Positions 24,537-37,794 of a DNA stretch of 64,000 nt are shown here, one piece after another. The translations under genes were made by a program, and so were the position numbers. The stretch's first letter is position 1, and each line of letters begins with the position of its first letter. A model generated the notes under the pieces. That model ran no database searches, was not told where the DNA came from, and saw nothing but the letters and a program-made list of their open reading frames with translations. Where the stretch lies: assembly GCF_963921235.1 (NCBI RefSeq), contig NC_086097.1:243600001-243664000 (forward strand), in the 5' to 3' direction. Origin of the DNA: Mobula hypostoma. Taxonomy: Eukaryota.

Positions 24537-25771
24537 AAAGGATCTAGTGCTTTTCCGATGTATATGATGAACAAACTCTTCTTGGGCTTCCAGCTGGGTA
24601 CAGGTATCAATCTTAACCACCATTTCAATGACAAACTCCACCATCTTCACCAGGGATGATGCCTGGGCACGTTTAGTCCAATGGTATATATATCCCCATT
24701 GTCCGCGGTGTGTGGTGTAGGTGTAACACACACAGCCTGAGACACCAGGCAAGATCATTTGATTCCAAACAATTGGTTTATTGATCACTACAAAGTGTCT
24801 CTCTGGTGCTTCCCTCTCCTTACATTCTCCCTTTTCCCTTTCATCTTTGATAAAATTCTTTTCCTCTGGTTTTATTTCAACGGCTTCCTTTACCAGGCAG
24901 TTCCAAAAACCATTGGCACGGCGCAGTAGTTTTGTGCCGTCGAAGTCAATCCTGCGGCCATTGTGAATGCAATGTTCTGCTACCGCCGACTTCTTCGAGT
25001 AACCCAAATGGATACGCCTCCTGTGCTCCTAGATGCGGGTTTCCACCGTGCGTCCCGCCCGGCTGATATACACTGCTCCGCGTTGACAGCCGTCTGGAGT
25101 CCCAGGTCACCTTTGACCCACATAAGATGGGATTTGAGCTTCCTATATTTCCATGTTTTATGGGAGGGTCGCCAGGATCCTGAAGAAATACAGGGTTAAT
25201 ACTGCCCACAAACCCGTAAGGAAGCTCAAATCCCAGTTGATGTGGGTCAAAGGTGACCTGGGACTCAGGTCGACTGGCGTTTACCAGATCCCCTGTGAAC
25301 GTGGAGCAGTGTTTATCGGCCCGATGGGACGCACAGTGGAAATCCGCATCAAAGAGCACAGGAGGTGTATCCGTTTGGGTTACTCGGAGAAATCGGCGGT
25401 AGCAGAACATTACGCTCGCAACAGCCGTAGGATTGACTTCGAGGGCACAAAACTACTGTGCCACACCAATGTTTCTTGAGGTTATCTGGTAAAGGAGGCC
25501 ATTGCAATAAAACTAGAGGAAAAGAATTTTAACGAAGATGAAGGTCTCGCTCTCAGTAAGAACTGGAATTCAACTGTAAGTAAGGAGAGCGGAAACCTGA
25601 TTGGCTGAGGACTAACCAATCAGGAGGGACGGACAACAAGGGTATAAATACCACTGGGCTTGACATACCTAGGCATCACCCCGATGAAGATTGTGGAGCT
25701 TGTCATCGAAACGTCGGTTAAAATCAGTGCAAGTACCCAGTTGAAAGCCCAAGAACTGTTCATTCGTCAAA
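24537..25771. mobile_element. Penelope/Poseidon-like element with GIY-YIG endonuclease fragment, as an inverted pair of 3' ends
   Basis: ORF 25153-25479 GVYQIPCERGAVFIGPMGRTVEIRIKEHRRCIRLGYSEKSAVAEH and its mirror on the minus strand (~24840-25140); HHR-like motifs at 25678-25719 (+) and 24615-24657 (-); TTTCATGAC at 24528-24536 and 25772-25780. Confidence 0.85.
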
Positions 25772-26112
25772 TTTCATGACGTGTGAGTGATTCTGATATG
25801 GGTCTCTATTGTGGACTGAGAGTGGGAAGGGGGCAGGGAGATGGGAATCGTGGTTGGGAAAAGGGAGAACGAAGGAGTGGGAAGTACCAGAGAGACTATT
25901 TGGTAATGATCAATAAACCAATTGTTTGTTTCAAATGATCTTGCCTGGTGTCTCAGGCTATGTGTGTTACACCTACACCACTCCCCCTCCCGCCCCTGGC
26001 ATGCCTTCTCAGCCCCCAGTCCCACACACCTCCTACAGCTCTCCAACCTCACCATTCCCAACCTCCTTTGCTCCAACCGGATTTACAAACTTGCTCTCCA
26101 CGTTGACAAATA

Positions 26113-26179
26113 CAGTACTGTGCAGAAGTCTAAGGTACCCCAGCTGTATATTGGTGCCCAAGATGTTTGCACGGTACTG
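26113..26179. mobile_element. Tiny Tc1/mariner-type MITE
   Basis: TA then CAGTACTGTGCAGAAGTCTAAGGTACC ... GGTGCCCAAGATGTTTGCACGGTACTG (imperfect ~26-bp TIRs). Confidence 0.6.
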
Positions 26180-26739
26180 CACATGACATCCATACAGGTC
26201 GTTTCAAAACAGAATCAGAATCACCTTATAGCCAGTATGTGAAGGGTACCAGGATTGACTGTGGCTCGATGCCAAGCATAAAACACAGGACAATGCCATA
26301 ACAGACCACACAATAGCAACCAACAATTTACAAGGCAACAGTGGAAACAGCCACGAACAATCAACAATGAACAGAATGGTCACATGTGCGAACATCAATC
26401 ATCAAACTTAGAGTAAGTGTGAAGATATGAACAGACTCAATAATTATAATCAAAACAAAGAGACGGCCGCTGTGCACGGACCACTGGGGTACAACACCTG
26501 AGTGAGCTTTGCTGAGAAGGACACTGAGACAAGCAAAAATTCAAATGCAGAACATTTTATTGCAGTTACAGAGAAAGCACAGTGCAGGTGGACAACAAGG
26601 TTCAAGGTCCACGACAAGGTAGACTGCATGATCAGAAGTTCATCGTTACTGGTCAGGAAGCTCGTTTATAGCATCAGGATAGAAGCTGTCTTTGAGCCTG
26701 GTGACGTGCTTTCAAGCTTTCAATTATTTATTTCTTGAG

Positions 26740-26992
26740 ATAGAGAGTGGAACAGGTCCTTCCAGCCCTTTGAACCACGCCACCCAGTGTAATCCTAGCC
26801 TAATCACGAGACAGCTTACAATGAACAGTTAACCTACCAGCCAGTACATCGGGAGGAAACCGGAACACCCGAAGGGAACCCACATGGGTCATGGAGAGAA
26901 CATACAAACTTCATACAGGCAGCAGTGGCAATTGAACCCCAGTCGCCTGTCCTGTAGCGTGCTGTGCTAACCACTATGCTACTGTGCCATCC
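26740..26992 (-). mobile_element. tRNA-derived V-domain SINE
   Basis: Reverse complement has A-box gtagcatagtggttag, B-box gggttcaattgc, then gtttgtatgttctctccatg...ccggtttcctccc. Confidence 0.75.
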
Positions 26993-27289
26993 CACGGCAG
27001 CAGGGTGCGTCGCACATTTTTTAATTTTGCATCCAGTTGGAGAGGAGAGAAGAGAGGATGTCCAGGGCGAGAGTGGTCTTTGATTACGCTGGCTGCTTTG
27101 TTCAGGCAGTGAGAAGTCTAGACAGAGTCCACAGAGGGGAGGCTTTTGCGCAGTGCAAGTATATGACAGAGAAATAACGCATGTTCGAGGCCAATGTCAT
27201 CCTATCAGAGTAAAAGCTATGGGTAGCATGTATAGGGAACCTTGAATGTCGAGAAGGATTGAAGGTTGAATACAAAGAAGAATAAGGAT

Positions 27290-28452
27290 AGGCTGAGTCA
27301 GAGCACACTTGGAATATTGTGTTCAGTTCTGGTCCCCTATTATAGGAAGGAGGCGGAAGCTTTAGAGAGGCTGGAGAGGAGATTTACCAGGGTACTGCCT
27401 GGACTAGGGAGCATCTTATGAGGATAGGCTGAGCGAGTGAGGGCCTTTCTCTTTGGAGTGGATATGTATATGGACACGTATATGGAGGAATTTAAGGTGG
27501 GGGGGGTTATATGGGAGGCAGGGTTTGAGGGTCGGCACAACATTGTGGGCTGAAAGGCCTGTACTGTGCTGTACTATTCTATGTTCTATGTTCTATGAAG
27601 GAGGATGAGAGGTGACTTGATAGAGGTGTACAAGATGATAAGAGGTATAGATCGAGTGGAGACCCAGAGATTTATTTCAAGGTGGAAATGCCTAATACCG
27701 GGGGGGGGGGGGGGGGGCATAATTTTAAGGTGATTGGAGGTGAATGCGGTGGGGTGTCAGAGGTATGCTTTATTTTTTTTTACACTGGGTACATGGAATG
27801 CCCTGTGGAATTGGTAGTAGAGGTAGATACATTAAGGACATTTAAGAGACTCTTAGATAGTCACATGGATGTCAAAAAAAATGGAAGGTTATGTTGGAGG
27901 GAAGAGTTAGATTGATCTCAGAGTAGTTTAAAAGGTTGACACAACAGCATGGGCCTTACGGTCTGTACTGTGCTGTAATGTTCTATAAGACCTAAGAGAC
28001 CATGCTGATGCATTATCCATCTGACCCCATTCTCCTGCCTTCTCCCTGTAACCTTTGATGCCCTGATTAATCAAGAACTCATCAACCGGTGCCTTAAAAA
28101 TACCCAATGCCGGCCTGCACAGCCATCTGCGGCCAAGAATTCCAAAGATTCACCACACTCTGGCTAAAGAAATTCCTCCTCATCTCTGTTCTAAATGGAC
28201 GACCCTCAGTATGAGGCTGTGTCCTCTGGTCCTTGACTCTCCCACCAAAGGAAATACCCTGTTCACATCCACTCTATCCAGCCCAATTAATATTCAATAG
28301 TTTTAAATAAGATCCCTCCTTATTCTGCTAGACTCCAGTAAACTCCAGGCCCAAAGCTATCAAACACTTCTCATATTTTACCCTTTCATTCATGGGATCG
28401 TTCTTGTGACCCTGCTCTGGATTCCCTCCATTGCCAGCACATCCTTTCCTAA
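27290..28452. mobile_element. Cluster of CR1 3' fragments (plus strand 27290-27990 with a younger tail nested at ~27467-27597; minus strand 27990-28452)
   Basis: HLEYCVQFWSPYYRKE...LERRFTRVLPGL; repeated ggcctgtactgtgctgta/ttctatg tails. Confidence 0.75.
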
Positions 28453-28454
28453 AT

Positions 28455-28710
28455 AGTGGTTAACACAACGCTTTCCAGTACTAGTGATCCAGGTTCGATT
28501 CCTGCCACAGAATGTTGTGACAACGCCAGTTTCCCCCATTTTCCTCCCATGGTCCAAAGACATAGAGGTTAGTCGGTTAATTTCTAATTGTAAATTGTCC
28601 TGTCACTAGGCCAGCATTGGACTGGAGGTTGCCGGGCAACGTGGCTGAAAGGGCCAGAAGGGCCTCCAGCTGTCTCTCAATCAATTAATCAATAAATTAA
28701 TAGATAGATA
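28455..28710 (+). mobile_element. tRNA-derived V-domain SINE, partly deleted
   Basis: tagtggttaac A-box, ggttcgattcc B-box, ttcctcccatggtccaaagac, tail with gggccagaagggcct. Confidence 0.65.
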
Positions 28711-28712
28711 GA

Positions 28713-29332
28713 TGTATGGGGTTTCTTCTTTGTTATGTTAAAATTAAAATGGCTTCTATGTTATGTTAGTCTTTTATGTTGCTGCGTATGTGAATTAAAA
28801 TGGCTTCTATGTTATGTTAGATGCTGAGAAGGTCTCCAGCTGGCACTTTGCTTGGGTTATAACAGATAGCAGATGTACTATGAGCCAATGGGTGTCCACA
28901 TTATTCTTTCTTGGGGTGATATGCTGTCTCATATGGCTGGGAACCAGGGGCTTTTGGCGGAGAGTTGGAGGAGAGACCGTGAGGACGACGGACGTGTGGG
29001 AAAAGCTCAGGCTGCTCACTCTGAGTGGTTCCCGAGCCGCGAGTTGACGGGGTCCAAGTGGTCCCGAAGAGGTCCCCAAGCTCCAACGTGTGCACGAAGA
29101 AATTGAACTTTGATAAGTCTGGCGCCTTTTCCATTCCTTTTTTGTATTGAACTTCTATTAATCTCATAGACCTAGTAATATCTATAAAGTGTAATTGGTA
29201 AAACGTACATTGTGTGCTGGCTGATGATTGATGTTTGAAGCTGAATCAGCAACCGACATAACCGGGAGACAAGGTGGGCAGCGGACGGGGTTTCCCCGAG
29301 ATAAATATGAGCCAATATAGCTGAGCGTTACA
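28713..29332. mobile_element. Probable solo LTR (620 bp)
   Basis: TGT...ACA termini; flanks TAGA/TAGG (4-bp TSD with one mismatch); internal direct repeat aattaaaatggcttctatgttatgttag. Confidence 0.55.
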
Positions 29333-29664
29333 TAGGTAAATAAGGGACTCTATTCTTTGTTCTAAGAAGTATATGACAGGTTTATGGAACCAATTACATT
29401 AATCAGGTGTATTATAAAGAGTAGAAAAGTATTTAAAAAAAACAAATCAGAAAGAAAAAAGACAGTTCTTGAAAACTCACTGGAATACAGGACAATGGAA
29501 ATTCTGAGTGGATTCTATATCAATTGCAAAGGAACATCCATGAGGAACCAGAAGATGTAGGTGAAGTTCTGAGTGATAACTTTTCATCAGGACTCAAAGA
29601 AGCAGATTTTGCATTTGGAGGATTCAGTGAGGGGTGAATGAAAGTCATTGCAGGTCTCTTTCAA

Positions 29665-32600
29665 TATTTTTATTGATATTATATGAATTGCATGAATACA
29701 AATACATCAGATAGCCGTTGAACATGAATGAGCGGGGTGGCCTCCTTCCACTTGAGCAAGATTGTCCTCCTGGCCGTGAGAGGCATAAAGGCCAATACCC
29801 GCAAATTAGATGGCTTCAATTTTGTAGTATTATCCTCAACAATACCAAACATGGCAGTCAAAGGATTAGGCTTAAAACTGACATTGAAAAGTACAGAAAA
29901 AGTTTGAAATACATCTTTCCAAAATTTTTCAAGGCTCAGACATGTCCAAAACATATGAATTAGTGTAGCCACTCCATCTATCACAGTAAGGGGAAATATC
30001 TGCGTAAAAACAGGAAAGCTTATCTTTAGACATATGAACGCTACATACCACTTTGAATTGTAAGAAAGAATGACAACACGTAATGATGAAGAATTAATCA
30101 ATTTTAAAATAATCTTCCAGCTCTCTTCAGATATGAAAATCTGTAATTCCTTTTCCCAATCTGCTTTAATTTTATCTAAAGAGGCCTTTCTCAGTCCCAA
30201 CAGTAGACCATAAATGTAAGATATTGAACCGTTATCAAAGGATTTCAGATTTAAAATGGTATCTATTATATTCTTATCTGGACTTGTAGGAAATGTATGC
30301 AATTGAGATCTTAGAAATATCTCTAATCTGTAAGTATCGAAAAAAGTGAGTATTGGAAAGGTTAAATTTTGTTGAAAGTTACACAAAAGAAGAGAGATTC
30401 CCTCCATCAAACAAATCCTGAAATTGTTTAATACCCAATCTATCCCATTCTTTAAAAGATAATTAAAGATGGCTTAAAAAAAAACAATTAAAAAAGTTGG
30501 GACTTGGGAGGGAGAATCTCAATAAACCAAAATGTTTTCTAAACTGTAACCAAATCCTCAAAGTATGTTTGACCACCACATTGTCAGTTAGTTTATTTAA
30601 AGATAACGGAAGTGAGGATCCAAGTAAAGAAATAATGGAAAATTTCGTAACAGAGTTGACTTCCAAAGAAACCCATATAGGGCAATTCTCATGATTAATG
30701 TAATATATCCAGAACATAATATTTTGTATATTAACTGCCCAACAATATAACCTAAAATTGGGTAAGGCAAATCCTCCATTCTGTTTGGTTTTTTGAAGGT
30801 GAGCTTTATTTACTCGAGGTTTTTTATTCTTCCATATATAGGAAGAAAGAATTGAATCCAAAGAGTCAAATAAAGATTTAGGAATAAAAACAGGCACAGC
30901 TTGAAAAAGGTATATAAATTTAGGTAAGATATTCATTTTAATAGAATTAATTCAGCCAATCAGTGATAAAGAGAGAGGCGACCAATTAGGAAGTTTCTTT
31001 AACATAATCATTAAACTTAAAAAATTTTCCTTAAATAAATCTTTATAATTCTTAGTAATTGATACTCCTAAATACGTAAATTGTTTTCTTAAAATTTTAA
31101 AAGGAAGGTTAATATCAGTCGGCATTAAATTGTTTAAAGGAAACAGTTAACTGTTCAGTAAATTTAATCTATATCCTGAGAACTGACTAAAATTAGTCAA
31201 TAAAAGGAACAAAAATGGTAAGGAGGTTGTAATATTAGATATAGAAAGCAATAAGTCATCAGCATAGAGCAACACTTTATGAATAGTACCTCTCCTTAAA
31301 ATACCAGTAATCTCTTTAGACTCTCAAAAAGCAATTGCTAAGGGTTCTAATACCAAATCAAAAAGCAGAGGGCTCAAAGGACAACCTTGTCTAGTTCCAC
31401 GTTGGAGTTTAGAGGGTTTAGAATTCTGAAAATTAGTAAGGACCCGAGTGGAGGGAGATAAATAAAGTAATTTAATCCAATGAATAAAATTAGGTCCAAA
31501 ATTAAATTTTTCTAAGGATGTAAATAGATAATTCCATTCAACTCTGTCAAACGCCTTCTCCACATCCAAAGATATCGCACACTCCAATATTTCCTTAGAT
31601 GGAGAGTGCATAACATTTAACAAATGCCGTATATTAAAATGGGAATATCAATTTTTAATAAATCCTGTCTGATCATCCGAAAGTATAGAAGATATAATAT
31701 TTTCAAGTCTGCGGGCCAACACCTTAGATAAAATTTTAGTATCAAAATTGAGTAAAGAGATAGGTCTATACAAAGAACGTTCAGTAGGGTTCTTACTCTT
31801 TTTGAGAATAAGCGAAATGTAAGCTTCGTAAAAAGACTGCAGTAATCTTCCCACCTTAAAGGAATCAGTAAGGGTAGAACATAAGTGTGGTATAAGCAAG
31901 GAGGAAGATGCCTTATAATGCTCTCCAGAGAATCCATCGGGTCCTGGGGATTTCCCAGAATGCAATTCTCAAAAAGCCTGAGCAATTTCCTCCTGGGAAA
32001 TGGGTTGATCCAATTGCCTACGTTCATCTATCAAAGATTAGGAATATTTAATTGATCTAAAAAATTATTCATTGCAATATTATCATTAACAGAGTCAGAA
32101 CTATACAATATAGAATAAAACTCCCGAAAAGTGTCATTAATTTCAAGGTGGTCAGTTGTCATGTCCCCATTAATTTTACGTATTTCTTTAATTTACCGCT
32201 TGGCTATAAATGGCTTCAATTGATTAGCCAGTAACTTACCAGGTTTATCTCCGTGAATATAAAATTGACTTCTATCTTTTAAAAGTTGGCTTTCAATTGG
32301 ATACATTAAAAGAAGATAATATGTAGTTTTAGTTTCAATACATTTCTTATATGTTTCAGGATCGGGTACCAAAGCATATTTATGCTCCAGTTGTTTTAAC
32401 TGATTATCTAGTTCGTTTCTCTCTGTTAACTTTTTTAATGATGTTTGCAGTATAAGAAATAATTTGACCCCGGATGTATGCTTTAAAAGTAGCCCATATG
32501 GTAAGACTAGATGTCTCTTCCAACGTATTTTCTTCAAAAAAAAGAATAATTTGATTCTGCATAAATTTTAAAAAGTCCTCATCAGATAATAGAGTAAAAT

Positions 32601-35600
32601 TAAATCACCAAAATCTACTCATAGGGATAGGACCAGGAAGATTTAAAGATAGAAGTACAGGAGAGTGGTCAGAAATAGCAATCTCTTTGTATTTGATTGA
32701 TCAAACCAATGGAATCATTTGACTGTCAGTAAAAAAATAATCAATCCTGGTATAAGAATGACGAACATGAGAGAAAGAAGAATACTCCCTGTCTGTCGGA
32801 TGAAGAAAACGCCAAGCATCAACAATACCATATTTAGTTAGAAAGGATTGAATAAACAAAGCTGATTTATTAAGTGTGGCTGGTTTGACAGATGTGTGAT
32901 CTGATACTGGATCTAACCAGCAGTTAAAATCTCCTCCCATCACAAGAGAGAAAGTACACAAATCTGGCAAAAACGAAAATATCTGTTCCAAAAATCCTGG
33001 ATCGTCTATGTTGGGGGCATGTACATTAGCAAAAACAATCAACTTACTGTCTAAACTCCCTGATACAATAACAAATCGACCATTAGGGTCCAAAACAACT
33101 TTATGCTGGACAAAGGAAACTGTATTATCTACAAAAATTGAAACTCCATGTGATTTTGCATTAAATGAAGAATGGAATTGTATATCCTTCCACCGAGTAA
33201 AAAAAAACATAAGCTATCACAGTGCATATGTGCGTTTCTTGTAAGAAAATAATGGGTGCTTTTAATTTCTTAATATAAGCAAACACTTCGTTCCGTTTAA
33301 TGGGCTGATTCAGCCCTTTCACATTCAAACTAAATCAGTTAATATTTTGAACCATTTTAAATACCAATCAACATGTAATTAAAAGATCTGGCCATAAGTT
33401 ATTAAAACTAGAAAGCAAACCCTAAGGTAAGGTAATCAATCAGGCAATCATATATTCAACCCAACACAGCTCCCAGAGAGAAATAGGCCCTATCCCCTCC
33501 GACACCCAAAGCAAGGAAGCTGACCAATAGGCAGTCAGCGAGCTAAGAACTAAATTCCCTCGCCAAAAAGTCCTGTTGACAAAAACTTCGGTCCTACAAG
33601 GTCATTATGTCCCTACCAAGACATAACATAAAAAGAAAAATAACTCAGTATTCGAAAATAAAAAAGGATCAATTTAAACAAATTCAAAGAAAGCTGTATT
33701 AAAATAAAGCCTCAAAAAGGGATATAATAAAAAAGTATCAAAAAATATAACAAAAGATAATATATGAACAGGCAAAATGTAAGCTTATTGAAACGTAAGC
33801 TAATATATCATATTCATATTAACAGAAGAAAAAATTGATGAAATAAGAAATCTAACAGTTTTAGACTTCATCCTTCAGAACCTCTTTTGTTTCTTCAACC
33901 GACTTCATTCTTTTTTGCAATCTGTTCTTCAAAACAACACTCAGACGGGCAGGGAACTGAAGGGATGGTTTATATCCTTTATTATAGAATTCCGACATAA
34001 CTTCTTTATACTTCATGCGAACAGCCATAACCTCAGGCGAATAGTCTTCCACAAATCTGACCTTGTAACTTTGGAAATCGATCATTCCTTGTCGACGGGT
34101 ATGGCAAATTAAAAGGTCCTTAATACGAAATTCATGAAAACTTAGAATGGCTGATCTGGGTCTGGCTACCGACGACAATGGCTTCGAAGTTGGTGAGTGA
34201 TATGCTCGATCGAGCTTCGGCTCGGAAGTGAATAAAGCAGGGAATAGCTGTTTCAGAAAGTTTGCAAAGAACTTCGTAGGGTCAGCACCCTCAATTGATT
34301 CTTCATGACCCAGAATTCACAAGTTATTTCTCCTGTTTCTATTTTCTAGACTGATAATCCTCCTCATCAGTTTATTATTGGATAAAAATAACTCTTTGCA
34401 GAGTTTAATTGTATCACCAACATCCTCTTCAACTGTCACCAGCTTCGCAGTACAGGTTGCCCCCGCCATCCGAAGGTAGAGCGTCCCTGTGAAACGGTTC
34501 GTAAGCCGGAAGGTCGTAAAGCAAAGAAGCAATTACCATTTACTTATATGGGAAAATTTTGTGAGCGTTCGCAGACCCAAAAATAACCTACCAAATCATG
34601 CCAAATAACACATAAAACCTAAAATAACAGTAACATATAGTAAAAGCAAGAATGATATGATAAATACACAGCCTATATAAAGTAGAAATACTTTTTCACA
34701 ATCATTACTGCACTGTTTTCTGTAGCAAAAATCTCACACAAGTGCCGTCGGCAGAAAATCTCACGCAAGCGCTGTTGGCAAAACACGGCGCAAGCGCTCT
34801 CCAGTAACCTTTAAGCTATGAAGCTGCCAAATCATACCAACTGATACGTAAAAATATACAGCCTATATAAAGTAGAAATAATGTATGTACAGTGTAGTAT
34901 CACTTACCGGAATCGGGAAGACAGCGCTGAGCACACGGATGATGGTGTGTTAGACTGAGTCGTCGCAGGTTGGGTGGTGTAGTAGCCCCCACCCTCCAGG
35001 CCGCCGACCGATACATTGCCACGAAGCATGCAGGAATGCAGTGGTAACTGGGACGCACCCAGCACATCTTTAAGAAAAAAGCCAAAATAAACATGCTAAT
35101 TAATTAGGTGCCGCCCGACACGTAATTGTCAGCCCAGATCAGTGCCAATTTCCGATTGCATCGTCTCTGATCTGGGCCGACAATTACGTGTCGGTGGCAC
35201 CTAATTAATTAGCATGTTCATTTCAGCTTTTTTCTTAAAGATGTTCTGTGTGCCTCCCGGCTACCGCTGCATCCTCCGCGAATCGGTATCTGTCCGGGGC
35301 CCGGGTATTGGAGTGGTGGGACACTGGGGTGTCATCTTGTCATCGTCTGTTTCCATTAGAGCAGGCAGCTCATCTTCTTCTATCTCTGCCCGCCTCGATG
35401 TCGAAGGTCGAGGTTCGTCGTCTGCTGTGGCTGATGTGGAAGGCTTGCTTGACTGCTGAGCCCCGCGCATTTTTCTATCACACAGTTCTTTGTAAGGACT
35501 CAAACCATCCTGCAAATATCCCCTAAACCAATGTACCCTTTCAAAATTAAAGTCGTACTTTATCATTACTCATTCAGTTTTGATTGTTATCCTTTTTTCT

Positions 35601-36330
35601 TCCAATTGCATCAGCTCTTCATCTGTCAGTTCTTGGTCATGGGATGCCAAACCCTCTTCAACATCATCTTCATCAGCTTCCACAAGCCAAACTCACTTTG
35701 TCCTTGCTTCGTTCACCATGATCGAAACACTTAATTATGTCTAGTAACACCCTTACGAGCTCTTTTAGGCTTTTCCGATACCTTAGAACCCATCTTGCAA
35801 ACGGCTGCTCACAGGCACATGTTAAAGCAATGCCGGAGAGAATCCGGGGAGAGCGGCTGCTCGGGGCGCGCGCTGCCTTTTATCGCACGCTGATTTTTTA
35901 TCGCGCACTGCTTTTTTTTCGTAACAGTGAAAACACCTTCTGAAAGCGAAAACAGGGTACTAATGTAGGTCTTTCGTAACAGTGAGGTTTCGTAAAGCAA
36001 ATGTTTGAAAAGCGGGGGACACCTGTATTTTCCTGAATTCGGTTCTCATGATCAGATAAAGCTTGTTGAATTGTATCCAATTTGCCGTTAAGTCGTTGAA
36101 ACTCCTCAGAAAATTCCGATTTTTGCCGTTTAAGGAAGTCATTGATTGAATCCTAAGTGACTGGGGATTCATCTTCTGTTTCTATTTCTTTTGCAGAAGC
36201 GTTTGTTCTTTTCCCAGCCATAGTAAAGCAGTATCAAAGTAGAGTATAAGGTTTCAAAAAATAGATTGGTGGGAGACAATGAAGTAAACAGGGTAGCAGC
36301 AACCTGAAACGATGTTACTCCATCAGCTGC
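29665..36330 (-). mobile_element. Second near full-length decayed L1-clade LINE; ORF1 split by a DNA transposon
   Basis: ORF1 ATG ~36221; DTIQQALSDHENRIQEN|TAKLVTVEED...LENRNRRNNL rejoins across the insert; ORF2 from ~33356 (LQETH, MGGDFN, TRIDYFF, YRPISLLN, RGTRQGCPLSPLLF, YADD, HMFWTC). Confidence 0.9.
34453..36025 (-). mobile_element. Internally deleted Tigger/pogo-like DNA transposon
   Basis: TA at 34451-34452 and 36026-36027; TIRs CAGGTTGCCCCCGC / GCGGGGGACACCTG; remnants MGSKVSEKPKRARKGVT...IIKCFDHGERSK, ELTDEELMQLE, LSPYKELCDRK; no DDE core seen. Confidence 0.8.
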
Positions 36331-36389
36331 CAACAGGGCTCTGAGTGCAGGTCTCCATAAATAAATGAAGAACTTGCTTCCTTGGCGGA

Positions 36390-36584
36390 TTTGTTGTTCA
36401 TCTCAGTGCCTTGTGGCACATCGGGTGGCAATCTTACCATTTCCTTAGCATTTGTCTGTTTTTTACAAGGCCGTGTTGTGAGCTCCCTGCTCAACCCAGC
36501 ACGGATGGTAAACGTGCAAGGAGCCGGCTGGATTTGAACCCGGGACCACTCGCTTCGAAGTCCATTGCGGATGCCACTGCACCA
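36390..36584 (-). mobile_element. tRNA-derived SINE (non-V family)
   Basis: Reverse complement tggtgcagtgg (A box)...ggttcaaatcc (B box) followed by an unrelated body and caacaa tail. Confidence 0.7.
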
Positions 36585-36589
36585 TAACG

Positions 36590-37730
36590 TATTGACGAAG
36601 AGTCTCCAGCCAAACTGTCGACTATTCAAAGTTTGAAGTAAATTACCAAAGTACGTACATATATGTCACCATATACTACCTCGAGATTCATACTCTTGCA
36701 GGCATTCACAGAACAAAGAAATACAATAGAATCAATGAAAAACTACACACAAAGACTGACAAATAACTAATAAACCACCACTGTGCTAAGGACTGTTTAT
36801 TCCTCTCTATAGATGCTGCCTGACCTGCTGAGTTCCTCCAGCATTTTGTGTGTGTTGCTTGGATTTCCATCACCTGCGGATTTCATCCTCTATCACCCAA
36901 GCTGGTGCAGTCTTTCACTGGTTCTATTACGGGTTTTATTCTATCTTGGATTTATTCAGTATATCCGCAAGAAAATGAATCTCAGGGTTGTATATAGTAA
37001 CGTGCAGTATATGTATTTTGATAATAAATTGGCTTTGAAGGTTGAACTTTGGTTGTTCGTCCATCATTTTTATGTATAGTTTTTCATAAACCCTACGATA
37101 TTTGGTTGTTTTTCTGTAAGTGCCTGCATAAAAATGATTCTCAAGGTAGTATATGGTAGCGTGTACATACTTTGATAATAAATTTACTTTGACTTTGAGA
37201 CTGGAAAACATTTGAGGAAGAGGATTGCTTCTCACTTCCATAACCAAGTCATTCACAAATGCTGCAAACAGCCAAGATCCCAGCACCGGCCCTTGTGCAA
37301 CAACAGTCATCCTACCATCATCCCCCGTCACCTACTACCAAGCTAATTTTGAATTCATTTTGCCAACTTGCTCTGGGGTCACACTCATGTTGGACCTGGT
37401 AAACCACATTTACTGCCCTCCCCTCATCAATAGATTTAATAAACACAAGAGATTCTGCAGATGCTGGAAATCCAGAATGCTGGAGGAACTCAGCAGGTCA
37501 GGCAGATCTATAGAGAGGAATAAACAGTCTTTAGCACAGCAATGGTTTATTAGTTATTTGCCAGTCTTCGTGTGTAGTTTTTCATTGATTCTATTGTATT
37601 TCTTTGTTCTACTGTGAATGCCTGCAAGAAAATGAATCTCAAGAGTAGTATATGGTGACATATACATATGTAGTTTGGTAACAAATTTACTTTGAACAGT
37701 CAATGTTTCACCTGGAGACTCTTTATGGAT
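36590..37730. repeat. Two inverted copies (36590-36885, 37440-37730) of a PLE terminus interrupted by a LINE-tail fragment
   Basis: Both carry the same ~170-bp insert just 3' of a degenerate HHR. Confidence 0.7.
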
Positions 37731-37794
37731 ACATTTTGTTGCCTTTTCAAAAAATTTAATCAAACTAGACAGGATTTTTCCCTTGACAGAGCCA

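Noticed and set aside
36520..36584. tRNA gene (also 40800-40870, 28455-28510)
   Set aside because: A/B boxes are SINE heads followed by SINE bodies; no complete cloverleaf evident
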